IMG/VR virus record: IMGVR_UViG_3300031541_000012
Span: 1 to 64,000 of that record
DNA from: a virus
Direction: 5' to 3' (one strand)
DNA: 64,000 nucleotides
The stretch's first letter is position 1. Each line of letters begins with the position of its first letter. Positions 33,081-42,924 of the stretch are shown here, piece after piece. The position numbers and the translations under genes were made by a program. The notes beneath the pieces were generated by a model that was not told the DNA's origin, did no database searches, and saw only the letters and a list, made by a program, of their open reading frames with translations.

Positions 33081-33086
33081 ATAGGA

Positions 33087-33587
33087 ATGAACCAACCAAT
33101 AACTTACAAATACGTTAGCACAAAGGAATACCACGATGAGTTTCCATGTGCATACCGCCAGTGGCGAGCAGACTCGCACTGCAACTTAATCCACGGCTAT
33201 AGCTTCAGCATAAAGTTCTACTTTGGCACAAATGAATTAGATGTGCGCAATTGGGTAGCTGACTATGGTGGATTGAAAGAACTAAAAGGCTTCCTCAAGG
33301 ACCAGTTTGATCACACTCTGCTTGTGGCAGAAGATGATCCTGAGTTTGAGATGTTCCAGCGGTTGCAAGAACGCAAGCTTGCAAAACTAACTGTCCTACC
33401 CAAGCTGGGCTGTGAAGGACTCGCTGATCAACTTTATAGGTATGTGAATGGAGTTTATATCCCGGATATGTGGGGTCCTACGGAAGCGAAAAGACTTTGG
33501 TGTTTCAAAGTTGAAGTTCGCGAAACCCAGAGCAATATGGCTTACCGCGAAGGCCACAGAGAATGGAATGAGGACTTGTTCGCCTAG
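33087..33587 (+). CDS. queD: 6-carboxytetrahydropterin synthase / PTPS family
   Basis: HCNLIHGY, DYGGLK, FDHT, GCE, VEVRET. Confidence 0.85.
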   Translation: MNQPITYKYVSTKEYHDEFPCAYRQWRADSHCNLIHGYSFSIKFYFGTNELDVRNWVADYGGLKELKGFLKDQFDHTLLVAEDDPEFEMFQRLQERKLAKLTVLPKLGCEGLADQLYRYVNGVYIPDMWGPTEAKRLWCFKVEVRETQSNMAYREGHREWNEDLFA

Positions 33588-34214
33588 ATCTTTCACAATA
33601 TACAATCACAATCGTTATGATGTGATTGAACGCGGATCTTATGACGAATACAACATGCTGATCAATATTGCTGACTTCCTGGAGTCAGACTCTATGAGAC
33701 AGAAGCTGATCATACTCGCCCACCTTGCGCATGAAGTATGTGACGATATTGCACAGCACGTTGAACTACATATGAACTTCAAGTTGGGCAGATACACTGA
33801 CACCCAATCTTGTACTTTGTATGTATATGAGCCCGAGCGCTCAGCAATGGTAAAGTTGACATATAGTTGACAGACGATCTACAACTCAATATTGAGACTA
33901 CTTGGATTGAAGAAACTGGCACCAATTACAACAGAGTAGTGGTGCTAACCTTCTTTACATCTGACTGTTTTAGTAGTGATGGCGATAAAATGCTACGCAC
34001 AGTGGGAGAGCCACTCAGAGAGCGCGTGTCTGAAAAGATAGAACGCGAAGTGGGGCTCAAACATCATGAGGATTATATCTTTCATGCATATGACGATACT
34101 GTTATGCGTGAAGGACGTTGGGCACCAGCACCGCTTGTAGGCGACATGCGCACTGTTATTCGTATCAGAGAGGAAGAGCATTTTGCAATGTTCAAACTAC
34201 ATTATTCATGGTAA
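33568..34214 (+). CDS. two KL-motif family proteins (33568-33870, 33867-34214)
   Basis: PERSAMVKLTYS*; EEHFAMFKLHYSW*. Confidence 0.65.
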
Positions 34215-34507
34215 CTAAAGAAGAACTGATAAATAGGTATAAGGAAGTTCACGATCCCGAAGTATCTGTTAACGTATACGACCTTGGGTTGATATATGAG
34301 ATAGATATTAACAAAGAAGGCAAGGTGGACGTTCTTATGACTTTGACGAGCCCGTTTTGTCCTGCAGGAGACGAAATCATCAATGACATTGTAGCTGCGT
34401 CTTATCACGCAGGAGCAACGGAGGTTGAGGTTAACATAACATTCCAGCCGGAATGGGGCCCAGACAAGATTTCCGAAGAAGGTAAGTTAGAGCTGGGACT
34501 GTTATAA
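34208..34507 (+). CDS. Fe-S assembly protein SufT/PaaD (DUF59)
   Basis: V.DPE..VNVYDLGLIY, MTLTSPFCP, PEW. Confidence 0.9.
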   Translation: MVTKEELINRYKEVHDPEVSVNVYDLGLIYEIDINKEGKVDVLMTLTSPFCPAGDEIINDIVAASYHAGATEVEVNITFQPEWGPDKISEEGKLELGLL

Positions 34508-34521
34508 CGGGGGTAGGACCG

Positions 34522-34833
34522 GTGATACTTGACCAACTTGAACGCGCATTTATGGTCATTGGAGACAGGGTAATTACGGTAGGCAGTGGACCGAAAGCAC
34601 TAGATGAATATGACATTAAGAATGAAAATGTCACAGCCGAACTAGTTGTTAAGCCGCGCCCAGTGATGCCACAGGAACCAATTGAGACCAGAGCAAGCCT
34701 AAACAACATGACCAAGCAAAAAATTTGCGATCTGAGCACTGAACGTTTTGGGGTCGAATTAAGCTTCCGCATAGAGAAGAAACATCTTATTACAGAATTT
34801 CTAAATTTGCAGGATGCAGAAACAGGAGTCTAA
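34522..34833 (+). CDS. hypothetical protein
   Basis: 103 aa ORF. Confidence 0.6.
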   Translation: MILDQLERAFMVIGDRVITVGSGPKALDEYDIKNENVTAELVVKPRPVMPQEPIETRASLNNMTKQKICDLSTERFGVELSFRIEKKHLITEFLNLQDAETGV

Positions 34834-35190
34834 ATGACAGACTTTGTATTGCCGAAAGGCGCTACACCACAAGCTGTTGCTATGAGTGACAGTGCAGTTA
34901 AACACTTCGCCTCAATTGCTGAAGGTAAAGTTGTAAAATTCGGAGTTGAGGGCGGAGGATGTGCCGGCTTTCAATACTCCTGGAAGATACTTGATGATCG
35001 GGATGCACTATACCCAGATGATGAGATCACTGAGTATGACAATTTCACATTCGCAGTCGACGGAGCAAGCATGATGATGCTAATAGGTTCACAGGTCGAC
35101 TATCTTACAGATATCACAGGAAGCCATATCGAAGTAATCAACCCGCTAGCAAAGGCAGGTTGCGGATGTGGTGTGAGCGTTAACTTTTAA
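34834..35190 (+). CDS. iscA: A-type Fe-S carrier (IscA/HesB)
   Basis: GGGCAGFQY, NP.A..CGCG.S. Confidence 0.92.
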   Translation: MTDFVLPKGATPQAVAMSDSAVKHFASIAEGKVVKFGVEGGGCAGFQYSWKILDDRDALYPDDEITEYDNFTFAVDGASMMMLIGSQVDYLTDITGSHIEVINPLAKAGCGCGVSVNF

Positions 35191-35199
35191 GAGAAATTC

Positions 35200-35602
35200 A
35201 TGACACAAGAGAAACTAATGCCGCATATTTCTAAGAATTTTGCGGTTAAATTTTCAGATTCCGACTTTGAGTTCTTGACGAATCAAATAACAAATATCGA
35301 AACCATATATGGAAAAAGTAGGGTCCTATCATTTAAAATGACTGTGCGGGACTCAATTGGTAAAAAAATTTGCATCTCAATTGTTTGGCATATTAGACAG
35401 TTACCAAGATATTCAGATCGTACAAATGTTGCATGATGAACAAGGCAGATTAAATCCTGTCAGAACCATAACTTTGGAAAATGTGACCTTCGAAGAAATA
35501 ACTCATCTTGGTTTAGATTACAGCGGATCTATAGGTAAGGGTTATGTTGAATGGCAACTTGAAGGCCATGCGCTCAAATATACAATAGAGGAAATAGAAT
35601 GA
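35200..35602 (+). CDS. possible tail-tube-like protein, frameshift in A7 run near 35362
   Basis: frames join as RDSIGKKFASQL...LDYS; family assignment tentative. Confidence 0.4.
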
Positions 35603-36000
35603 CAGCAGATCTATCACGCTACGATCATTTCGTAGAGAGTGTAACTAGTGACACCAGCACCAACCTTGACCTATTCGTCAAGCGACTACATGAACTAGAA
35701 AACGAAGGTATCAATCCAACACTACTCTTAACAGCAAGCACAGGACTTGCAGGTGAGAGTGGCGAGTTTGCTGAGATCGTTAAAAAGCTTAACTGGCACG
35801 GAAAAGAGCTCACAGATGAGCTGCGCGCCCACATGAAGAAAGAGTTAGGCGACATCGTGTTCTATTGGATGATGAGCTGTCAAGCCCTTGGCTTAGACGC
35901 CAACGACGTTATCATCCAGAATGTGGAAAAGCTGCAAGCCAGATATCCCGGCGGGTTTTCTGTAGATCGCAGCGAGAACCGTGCTGAGGGCGATGTTTAA
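35599..36000 (+). CDS. mazG: MazG-like NTP pyrophosphohydrolase
   Basis: GLAGESGE..E..KK, ELGDI, N.EKL.ARYP. Confidence 0.88.
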   Translation: MTADLSRYDHFVESVTSDTSTNLDLFVKRLHELENEGINPTLLLTASTGLAGESGEFAEIVKKLNWHGKELTDELRAHMKKELGDIVFYWMMSCQALGLDANDVIIQNVEKLQARYPGGFSVDRSENRAEGDV

Positions 36001-36186
36001 TCGTCCCCGTGCAGTTTAAGGTTCAAGGAGAGAAGTTTGTGCTGATGTTTGATCATTTTGTCTTCGTCATGTGCGAGGCAGGCTTTGATCAATTTTCTCT
36101 GAGTTCGAGCAATCTTCTCTACTAACTTATTAATTTCCTTAGTCATCTTGACTTCTCCTTTTTCTTGTTGTATAAGTATATATCAC

Positions 36187-36408
36187 ATGAACAAAAAGAA
36201 TACAAAACAAAATCCAATTGTCGAGCTAGAAAATCGACTGCAAGAACTGAACAAAAAGCGTTTGCAAGCGTATAGCGCACAACTCAATGGTGCAGTGATC
36301 ACACAGCTAGACAACATGATTGCAGAAACACAGCTCGAGCTCTACACCGAGGTCGAGTTGGAAAAAAATCGTCGCAAGGACGACGATGGTGAACAGTGGA
36401 TTGTATGA
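36187..36408 (+). CDS. small coiled-coil protein
   Basis: behind TTGACT(36148)-17-TATAAG. Confidence 0.6.
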   Translation: MNKKNTKQNPIVELENRLQELNKKRLQAYSAQLNGAVITQLDNMIAETQLELYTEVELEKNRRKDDDGEQWIV

Positions 36409-36914
36409 GAACCAACCAGTTACATCAAGTTATCATTAATGAAAGCGACATGATCGACGTGTTTTATCGCGACGAGCATGTGGGTCCTATCATTGTTGAT
36501 GATCCACAGTGGGTCAAGCGCCTTAACCGCAGCCTATCGGACTATGGCATTACCGTGTTGCAGTGGGAGGAAGAGAGTGAACTTGATCCAGACGAATTTA
36601 TACTCAAAAATCGTAACGAATGGCACATGCCTGCTGAGTATGCAGAGATCGACATAGAGAATTATCTGCTAAGTAAATGTGACACAGATGATCAACGTGA
36701 ACGAGTCAACATGGAATTAGCAGAGTACAACCAAAGAGATATGATTGTCGTATTGCAATGGTTGAAGTATTTTGTAGATACGATGCGTGAAAATGGACTA
36801 GTTTGGGGCGTTGGGCGTGGCTCAAGCGTCGCAAGCTATGTTTTGTTCCTACTCGATGTGCACAGAGTAGACTCATTGGCATACGAACTAGATATTAAGG
36901 AATTCCTCAAATGA
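36405..36914 (+). CDS. DNA polymerase III alpha (DnaE) N-terminal palm fragment
   Basis: ERVNMEL, WGVGRGSSVASYVLFLL.VH.VD; only about 170 aa. Confidence 0.8.
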   Translation: MRTNQLHQVIINESDMIDVFYRDEHVGPIIVDDPQWVKRLNRSLSDYGITVLQWEEESELDPDEFILKNRNEWHMPAEYAEIDIENYLLSKCDTDDQRERVNMELAEYNQRDMIVVLQWLKYFVDTMRENGLVWGVGRGSSVASYVLFLLDVHRVDSLAYELDIKEFLK

Positions 36915-37279
36915 AACACAGAACAGCCAAGGGCCGCATGATTGATATGGCTGCATTAGCAAAGGCGAATGAAACCGTTCGTGCAGTTGGTAACGTGCCA
37001 ATGAATGCTAAGGGTGACAAGATCGATGCAAGCGGCAATGTTATTGAAACCGTGCAAGCAAAGGCACGTAAGCAACACTCAACAACCAGCGCACCAGAGA
37101 AGCGCAAGCTGAGTGATGCACCAGGCAACAAAGAAGCTAAAAAGCCCCGACCCAAGGCTAAGCCTAAAGCAGAAGGCCCAAGCATTGTAAACAGAACTGA
37201 AAAAACACGTGATGATGGAACACGCTACGCAGAAGTCGAATACGATGACGGTAGCATGGACGTACAAGAGTTGGATTAA
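36911..37279 (+). CDS. hypothetical protein
   Basis: RTAKGRMIDM...AVGN..MNAKGD. Confidence 0.7.
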   Translation: MKHRTAKGRMIDMAALAKANETVRAVGNVPMNAKGDKIDASGNVIETVQAKARKQHSTTSAPEKRKLSDAPGNKEAKKPRPKAKPKAEGPSIVNRTEKTRDDGTRYAEVEYDDGSMDVQELD

Positions 37280-37593
37280 TGAGAATACTTACACCACTAA
37301 ACGACAAAGTTATTGGCCGCATGGTAGATGTCATGGGTCAAAACCGCCGAACATCAGGCGGTATTATTATCACAGACAATGCAGGCGATGAGCAGTTTGT
37401 TCGCCCGCGTTGGTTTGAGGTAACTCACGTAGGACCAGAAAATGAAGACCATACAGTTGGCACATATGTTCTTGTTGAACATGGTCGCTGGGGGCGTGGA
37501 TTTACACTAGACGGCAGCATGAACGAAGAGAACAAGCTCTTCCATTTGGATACAGACAGCATGTTAGCTGTGAGTGATGACAGACCAGTATAA
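37279..37593 (+). CDS. groES: co-chaperonin GroES (gp31-like)
   Basis: LTPLNDKV, TSGGII, V.HVGP, VG..VLV. Confidence 0.8.
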   Translation: MRILTPLNDKVIGRMVDVMGQNRRTSGGIIITDNAGDEQFVRPRWFEVTHVGPENEDHTVGTYVLVEHGRWGRGFTLDGSMNEENKLFHLDTDSMLAVSDDRPV

Positions 37594-38072
37594 TGACTTT
37601 TGGTAAAACAAGAGAAGACATAATCACTAATATGTGTTATACTTGGGATCATGCATATGGCGCTCCCTTCCAGCCTTTTACTGAAATCTTTGGTTGCGAC
37701 GAAAAAGATTTGCCCGAAGGTGCAAGTGAAGGCATAGGATACACAGACGAAAAGCGCAAAGCGCTTTGGAACGACATGGCGCAGATATTTGACAACGATA
37801 TTGCGCCGCACATGATTATTGGTCCGTACCGCATTGATCCTCCTAAGGGTGGCTGGCAATTGGAGTTTACGGACGAAGAGAAAGCAAAGCTGCGCCCAAT
37901 TGCAGAAACTCTAGCAATGCTAGATGGCAACGCTTTCTTTGGTAACTCGACAGAACGTGATGGCAGAATCATCGAGTGGTATGAACAGTATCTGCCAGAA
38001 GCAGCCGCACTCTACAACGGTAATGGTGGAGACAACGGCTGGGCAGGCGAATCAAGCATTAATAAAGGTTAA
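37593..38072 (+). CDS. hypothetical protein
   Basis: TAATG-coupled ORF. Confidence 0.65.
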   Translation: MTFGKTREDIITNMCYTWDHAYGAPFQPFTEIFGCDEKDLPEGASEGIGYTDEKRKALWNDMAQIFDNDIAPHMIIGPYRIDPPKGGWQLEFTDEEKAKLRPIAETLAMLDGNAFFGNSTERDGRIIEWYEQYLPEAAALYNGNGGDNGWAGESSINKG

Positions 38073-38074
38073 AC

Positions 38075-38998
38075 ATGGCAGCGAGCGAACTATGGGTTGA
38101 GAAGTATCGCCCTAAAACCGTTAAAGAGTACGTATTTAAAGACCCCAAACAGCGCAAGCAAGTTGAGTCCTGGATTGCTGACAAATCAATCCCGCACTTG
38201 ATTTTTTATGGTGGCGCAGGCACAGGTAAAACAACACTTGCAAAAGTGCTAGTGCATGAGCTAGACGTACAAGAAGCTGACTTTATGTACATCAACGCCA
38301 GCCGCGACAACGGTGTTGACTATGTGCGTGAGCGCATCAACCGCTTCTGTAGCAGTATGCCCTGGGGAGAGTTTAAGATTGTGTTGTTGGATGAGGCGGA
38401 CTACCTATCCCATAACGCACAGGCTATCCTGCGTGGCATGATGGAACAATTTGCAGGTGAGGTTCGTTTTATTCTAACTTGTAACTATCCGCAAAAGATC
38501 ATGCCTGCGATTAAGAGCCGTAGCCAAGAGTTTCACATCAGCCAACATGACCAGACTGACTTTACTGCACGGGTTGCAGAGATTTTGGTTACTGAAGATG
38601 TTGACATTGACCTTGAAACCATTGACACTTATGTCCGCGCAACGTATCCTGACTTGCGCAAAACTATCCAAGCAGTGCAACAGAACGTTGTAGACGGGCG
38701 TCTTCAGCCGCCAGAGGCAACAGACGAGCTTGCTAGTGACTGGCGCCTGTCCATGGTTAGCTTGTTCCGCGAAAAGAAGCTACGCCAAGCACGTGAGCTC
38801 ATCTGTAAGAGTGCAACGCCTGAAGAGTTTGAAGACATGTTCAAGTGGCTATACCGCAACTTGGAGTTCTTTGGTAGCAGCGATGAAGAGCGTGATGCTG
38901 CGGTTGTGATTATCCGTAACGGCATGGTCAAGCATACACAAGTTGCTGATCCTGAGATCAATTTCAGTGCAACAATGATTGAATTGGAAAACATCTAA
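38075..38998 (+). CDS. clamp loader AAA+ subunit (T4 gp44/RFC-like)
   Basis: LWVEKYRP, GGAGTGKTT, INAS, LDEAD, FILTCN, SR, PDLRK. Confidence 0.95.
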   Translation: MAASELWVEKYRPKTVKEYVFKDPKQRKQVESWIADKSIPHLIFYGGAGTGKTTLAKVLVHELDVQEADFMYINASRDNGVDYVRERINRFCSSMPWGEFKIVLLDEADYLSHNAQAILRGMMEQFAGEVRFILTCNYPQKIMPAIKSRSQEFHISQHDQTDFTARVAEILVTEDVDIDLETIDTYVRATYPDLRKTIQAVQQNVVDGRLQPPEATDELASDWRLSMVSLFREKKLRQARELICKSATPEEFEDMFKWLYRNLEFFGSSDEERDAAVVIIRNGMVKHTQVADPEINFSATMIELENI

Positions 38999-39950
38999 TG
39001 GAACGCCAGAATCGTAATGGCGAGTATTTTGAAATCGACCGTGCGGCGTCTCAACGTGGGCATGACGAATTGATGCATCGTGTCACTGAAGTGCGTAACC
39101 AGTTGCACAAAGATGGATTTACAATACATGATGTGCGTGTATCTCGTAAGGAAGAACCTTATTTCATGCATAAGGGTTACAGATCTCATAGTTACGATGC
39201 ATACATCTCAAATACAATTCGTTATACAGCCGAGTTTGATATGGCTGTTAGCTTGGGCCAAGCAGAAGATTTCCTGTCAATAGCAAAAAAATATGAATAT
39301 TTGTCTGATCGTGTCCAACAAGTTGAACGAAACAATGACATCCTATCAAAAGAAGTTGCCGTCAACAGAACCACGCGACATGATCTTAAAAAAGTTCTCA
39401 CTGAAAATCCTGGAATAGCTGACCAGTGGGATGAAATGCTCACATTACTTAAACTAGCAGGGTTTGACGGTGTTTTAACGTAAATACATCACTATGGAAA
39501 GTGAATGTAGAATACGCTACTCTGTACGAGTGCCGTTTCCAGACGCAGATTTATACTGTTTTGTGCTTGACAATTCAGGTAAAGTGTCTTACTATGGAAA
39601 CATGGAGGATGCCCAAGCTGTGGCATCGCAATACAAAGACGCACTTGTGATGGAGAACAAATATTATGGATTCTAGTGTTGTATACGCCCTGGTTATGAT
39701 CACTTACAATGCTGTGAGTGGCGGCATGGGCGCCGAACCGCAAAGCTTCCACATTTCGCCTAGCGACTGTGCACAGGAAATTACTTTCCAGAACAGCCGT
39801 GGCCGCAAAGAAACCTACAACCGCAAATACACCTGCGTCCGTCTTAACGACGCGGTCCGTGCTGCTCAGGTTCGTGCTGCACACGGATATGGCGGTAACG
39901 GCCAAGCGCGTCGCGCAAGCGGTGGACGGATCGTTATCGAATTCAACTAA
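38998..39950 (+). CDS. hypothetical proteins (38998-39483, 39494-39676, 39666-39950)
   Basis: packed ORFs; TAAATA at 39481. Confidence 0.55.
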
Positions 39951-39958
39951 GTAGCTTT

Positions 39959-40932
39959 ATGGCTAAAACAGCGACTTACGAGAGGCTCTGGAGAGACTTA
40001 TACGTTACCCTACTTAATGGTCAGCGTGTATACTACCCAGAGCCTCAATATTTTATGCAAGAACAACTTGGGCGCAGGTGTTGCACCATCTTTAAGATGA
40101 AGCAGCTAGTGCCCAATGAACTTCTAATGGATCTTCTCGTAGAAGAATATCCCGAAGAGAAGATGCGCAGAAATATCCAGACAGATCTCTACGCAAATCG
40201 TCTCAAACAAGAGATTGCAGAAAAAACATTTAACGACGCCAAACGTCCACTCAGCCAACGTATTACCAACCAATGGCTCAGCAATCCATTTGAAGAGTGG
40301 CTGGAAGAAAAATGCCAATGGCATTGGATGACGGCTGAGTGGTATCAAGATCGAGAAGATGGTCATGATCCGTTCGGCGACTATGCCTTTATGGTGAGTG
40401 TACACACGCCAGTTCTGCAGAGCGTTGAATCGTTTGACGAAGAGTATGGCGAAGCTTTTGTAATGACCAAATTGATGTACGGATGAAGTTTTCAGGAGAA
40501 AGACAATACCCAACAGACATGCTACCAGTATCGTTTCGCAAGAAGCACATGCTAGGGCTGCTATTCCGTTGTGAGATATTATTTACTGATGACATCCATT
40601 ATGAGCCGGACGAAATCAGCATGGACACCAGGGTACCACCTGGCAGGCGTGATTTTGATAGCTTTATGCGCGGTCTTAACGAACGTTATGGTAATGTTGA
40701 CCAAAACATAATGCGAGAAATATTCCCAGGGTTTCCAACAGGACCTATAGAAGAATGGGCAATTGACTACAACGATCTGTTCTACTTAGAGTTTACAGGC
40801 TACTATGATGCATCAAGTGTTAAGCCTGTGATGATTGCAAAAGCACTGGGCGAAACCAATGTGCATTGGACTGAGTATGCAGACACATACTGCCAGGCCC
40901 TTACGATGGAAAAATTGAGGAGTGGACTATGA
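39959..40932 (+). CDS. two KL-motif family proteins (39959-40486, 40483-40932)
   Basis: GEAFVMTKLMYG*; QALTMEKLRSGL*. Confidence 0.7.
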
Positions 40933-41165
40933 ATCAAGAAATTCTTGACAAATTGCACGAAGGTGTTACAACTGTGGTGTTCACCAAAGTTAACGGTGAA
41001 CGTCGCGAGATGCGATGCACACTGAACGAAGACTTACTGCCGCCACGGGAGGAAAATAACTCCCGGCAAGCGCGTAAGGAAAACCCAGCAGTGCAAAGTG
41101 TCTGGGACGTGGATAAACAAGCATGGCGGAGTTTCCGCTGGGAGAACGTGATCGATGGAGAATGA
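40929..41165 (+). CDS. WYL_2/SH3-barrel protein
   Basis: V.FTKVNGE.R.M.CTL, VWDVDK.AWRSF. Confidence 0.8.
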   Translation: MNQEILDKLHEGVTTVVFTKVNGERREMRCTLNEDLLPPREENNSRQARKENPAVQSVWDVDKQAWRSFRWENVIDGE

Positions 41166-41469
41166 TTGGGCTTTGTCCGCTAGGGTTGGTATAATTGCAC
41201 TTGGCATTGTCTCAGTAGCATGGGCTGCCACTGTTTCTGATTCAAACTTGGCAGCGTCGAGAGCGGAAGGACTTTCTGCCTGCGTCCAAGTAGAAGGAAT
41301 GGAATATGTCAGAGGCAATTGTCGTCCAATACAATCTGATTGAGGACGTTACGCCTGAACACCGCGACATCGTGGAGTTTGCTAGCGGCCAAAAATTGGA
41401 AGAGCTAGACATTGACGATGTGAATAGCTTCCTCAATGGACTGCAATTATATATGGGGGAAGGATTACC

Positions 41470-42057
41470 ATGGAAAAACTGATTGTAACAGATGTTGATG
41501 GTGTTCTCCTGGATTGGGAGAACCATTTTCATGACTACATGCATAGTCAAGGACATGAGCGCGCCTACGGCCAACCTAGCTATTGGCAAGAGCTGCATTA
41601 TCCAGAGTTGAGCAAGGTTGAAGCTCGTAAAATGGTGTATCATTTCAATACCAGTGCGTGGATTATGGGCATCCCTGCATTCCGTGACGCTCGCAGCGGT
41701 GTTGCACGGCTTGTAGAAGGCGGCTATAAGTTTGTTGCCATTACTGCTATGGGCAACGATTCTTATAGCCATATGGCACGTAAGTTTAACTTGGAACAGA
41801 TGTTTGGTAGTGATGTTTTTGTTGACGTTATCTGCACTGACATGTATGACCCCAACGGCAAGCGAGCTGCACTAGCTAAGTATGTCAGGAACGGACGTCT
41901 GTGGATTGAAGATAAGCCTAGCAACGCCGAATTGGGCGCTGAGTGTGGATATCGTAGTGTTCTTATGTTGCATCCTCATAATGAGGAGCATGTATCGGAT
42001 AACGTAGAGCAGGTGAACAGTTGGGCGGACATTTGTGAAATCGCTTTAAACGATTAG
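41470..42057 (+). CDS. HAD 5'(3')-nucleotidase-like protein
   Basis: TDVDGVLLDW, WIEDK..N, HN. Confidence 0.8.
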   Translation: MEKLIVTDVDGVLLDWENHFHDYMHSQGHERAYGQPSYWQELHYPELSKVEARKMVYHFNTSAWIMGIPAFRDARSGVARLVEGGYKFVAITAMGNDSYSHMARKFNLEQMFGSDVFVDVICTDMYDPNGKRAALAKYVRNGRLWIEDKPSNAELGAECGYRSVLMLHPHNEEHVSDNVEQVNSWADICEIALND

Positions 42058-42791
42058 TCTTCGTCTCCGTAGAGTTTCAATACCTCCTTTACAGCGGGAT
42101 GGCGCTCTACGTCATTTTTATCAAACTCGACAGCGCCAATACGTGTTGAACGTTCTTCAAGACGTGCAATAATGTCTCTCAGTCCGTTGGCTTCGAATCC
42201 TCTATCATGCTGCGTGATGTCGCCTGTTACAACCACTCGACTGTTTTCTCCAATGCGTGTTAGTAGCATCTTCATTTGGTTCGGTGTTGCGTTTTGCATT
42301 TCGTCAGCTAGGATCCATGCATTTTTGAATGTGCGCCCACGCATATAAGCAAGTGGTGCAATTTCAATAATGTTCTCGGCTATTAGTAACTCGATTTCTT
42401 TTGGTGAGTAATATTCCTCGAACACGTCAAAGATTGGCCTTGTCCAAGGGGCCATCTTTTCAACTAGTGTACCAGGCAAAAACCCGTGTTGCTCGTCCAC
42501 GCTCACTGCGGGACGGGTAACGACGATTTTTTCGCATTCACCAGCTTTCAGCGCCCTAATGGCTGCAAGCACGGCAATCATTGTTTTGCCAGTTCCTGCT
42601 GGTCCTGTGGCAAATACGATGTCTTTACCTGGATTATCAAGAAGTGCGAGATAATCTTCTTGTGCTAGGTTTTTGGGTAGAATCTTTACCCTGTTCTCGC
42701 GTTGTTTGAAACGGCTAAAATCAATCACCTGGTGCTGATTTTGCTGTTCCTGATATTGAGCCTTACGTGCTCTTCTTTTTGCTTTTGACAC
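42054..42791 (-). CDS. phoH: PhoH family ATPase
   Basis: GPAGTGKT, GFLPG, LAYMRGRTF, DEMQN, LTRIG, GD..Q.D; - strand TAAATA at 42842-42847. Confidence 0.95.
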   Translation of the reverse strand: MSKAKRRARKAQYQEQQNQHQVIDFSRFKQRENRVKILPKNLAQEDYLALLDNPGKDIVFATGPAGTGKTMIAVLAAIRALKAGECEKIVVTRPAVSVDEQHGFLPGTLVEKMAPWTRPIFDVFEEYYSPKEIELLIAENIIEIAPLAYMRGRTFKNAWILADEMQNATPNQMKMLLTRIGENSRVVVTGDITQHDRGFEANGLRDIIARLEERSTRIGAVEFDKNDVERHPAVKEVLKLYGDED

Positions 42792-42924
42792 TTGTTATGT
42801 CTCCCTGTTGGTTAGCACAACGCCTCCCAACTGTCCAAAAATATTTAGCGGGTTTCAAGTTAGAATGCGCAGATATGCAATCTTTTGGAAACGGCATAAA
42901 TAGTGTAAAGCACAGGATATCTGT

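Noticed and set aside
34230-34235. TAAATA as a late promoter
   Set aside because: It falls inside the SufT coding sequence with no suitable start nearby; a 6-mer is expected by chance.
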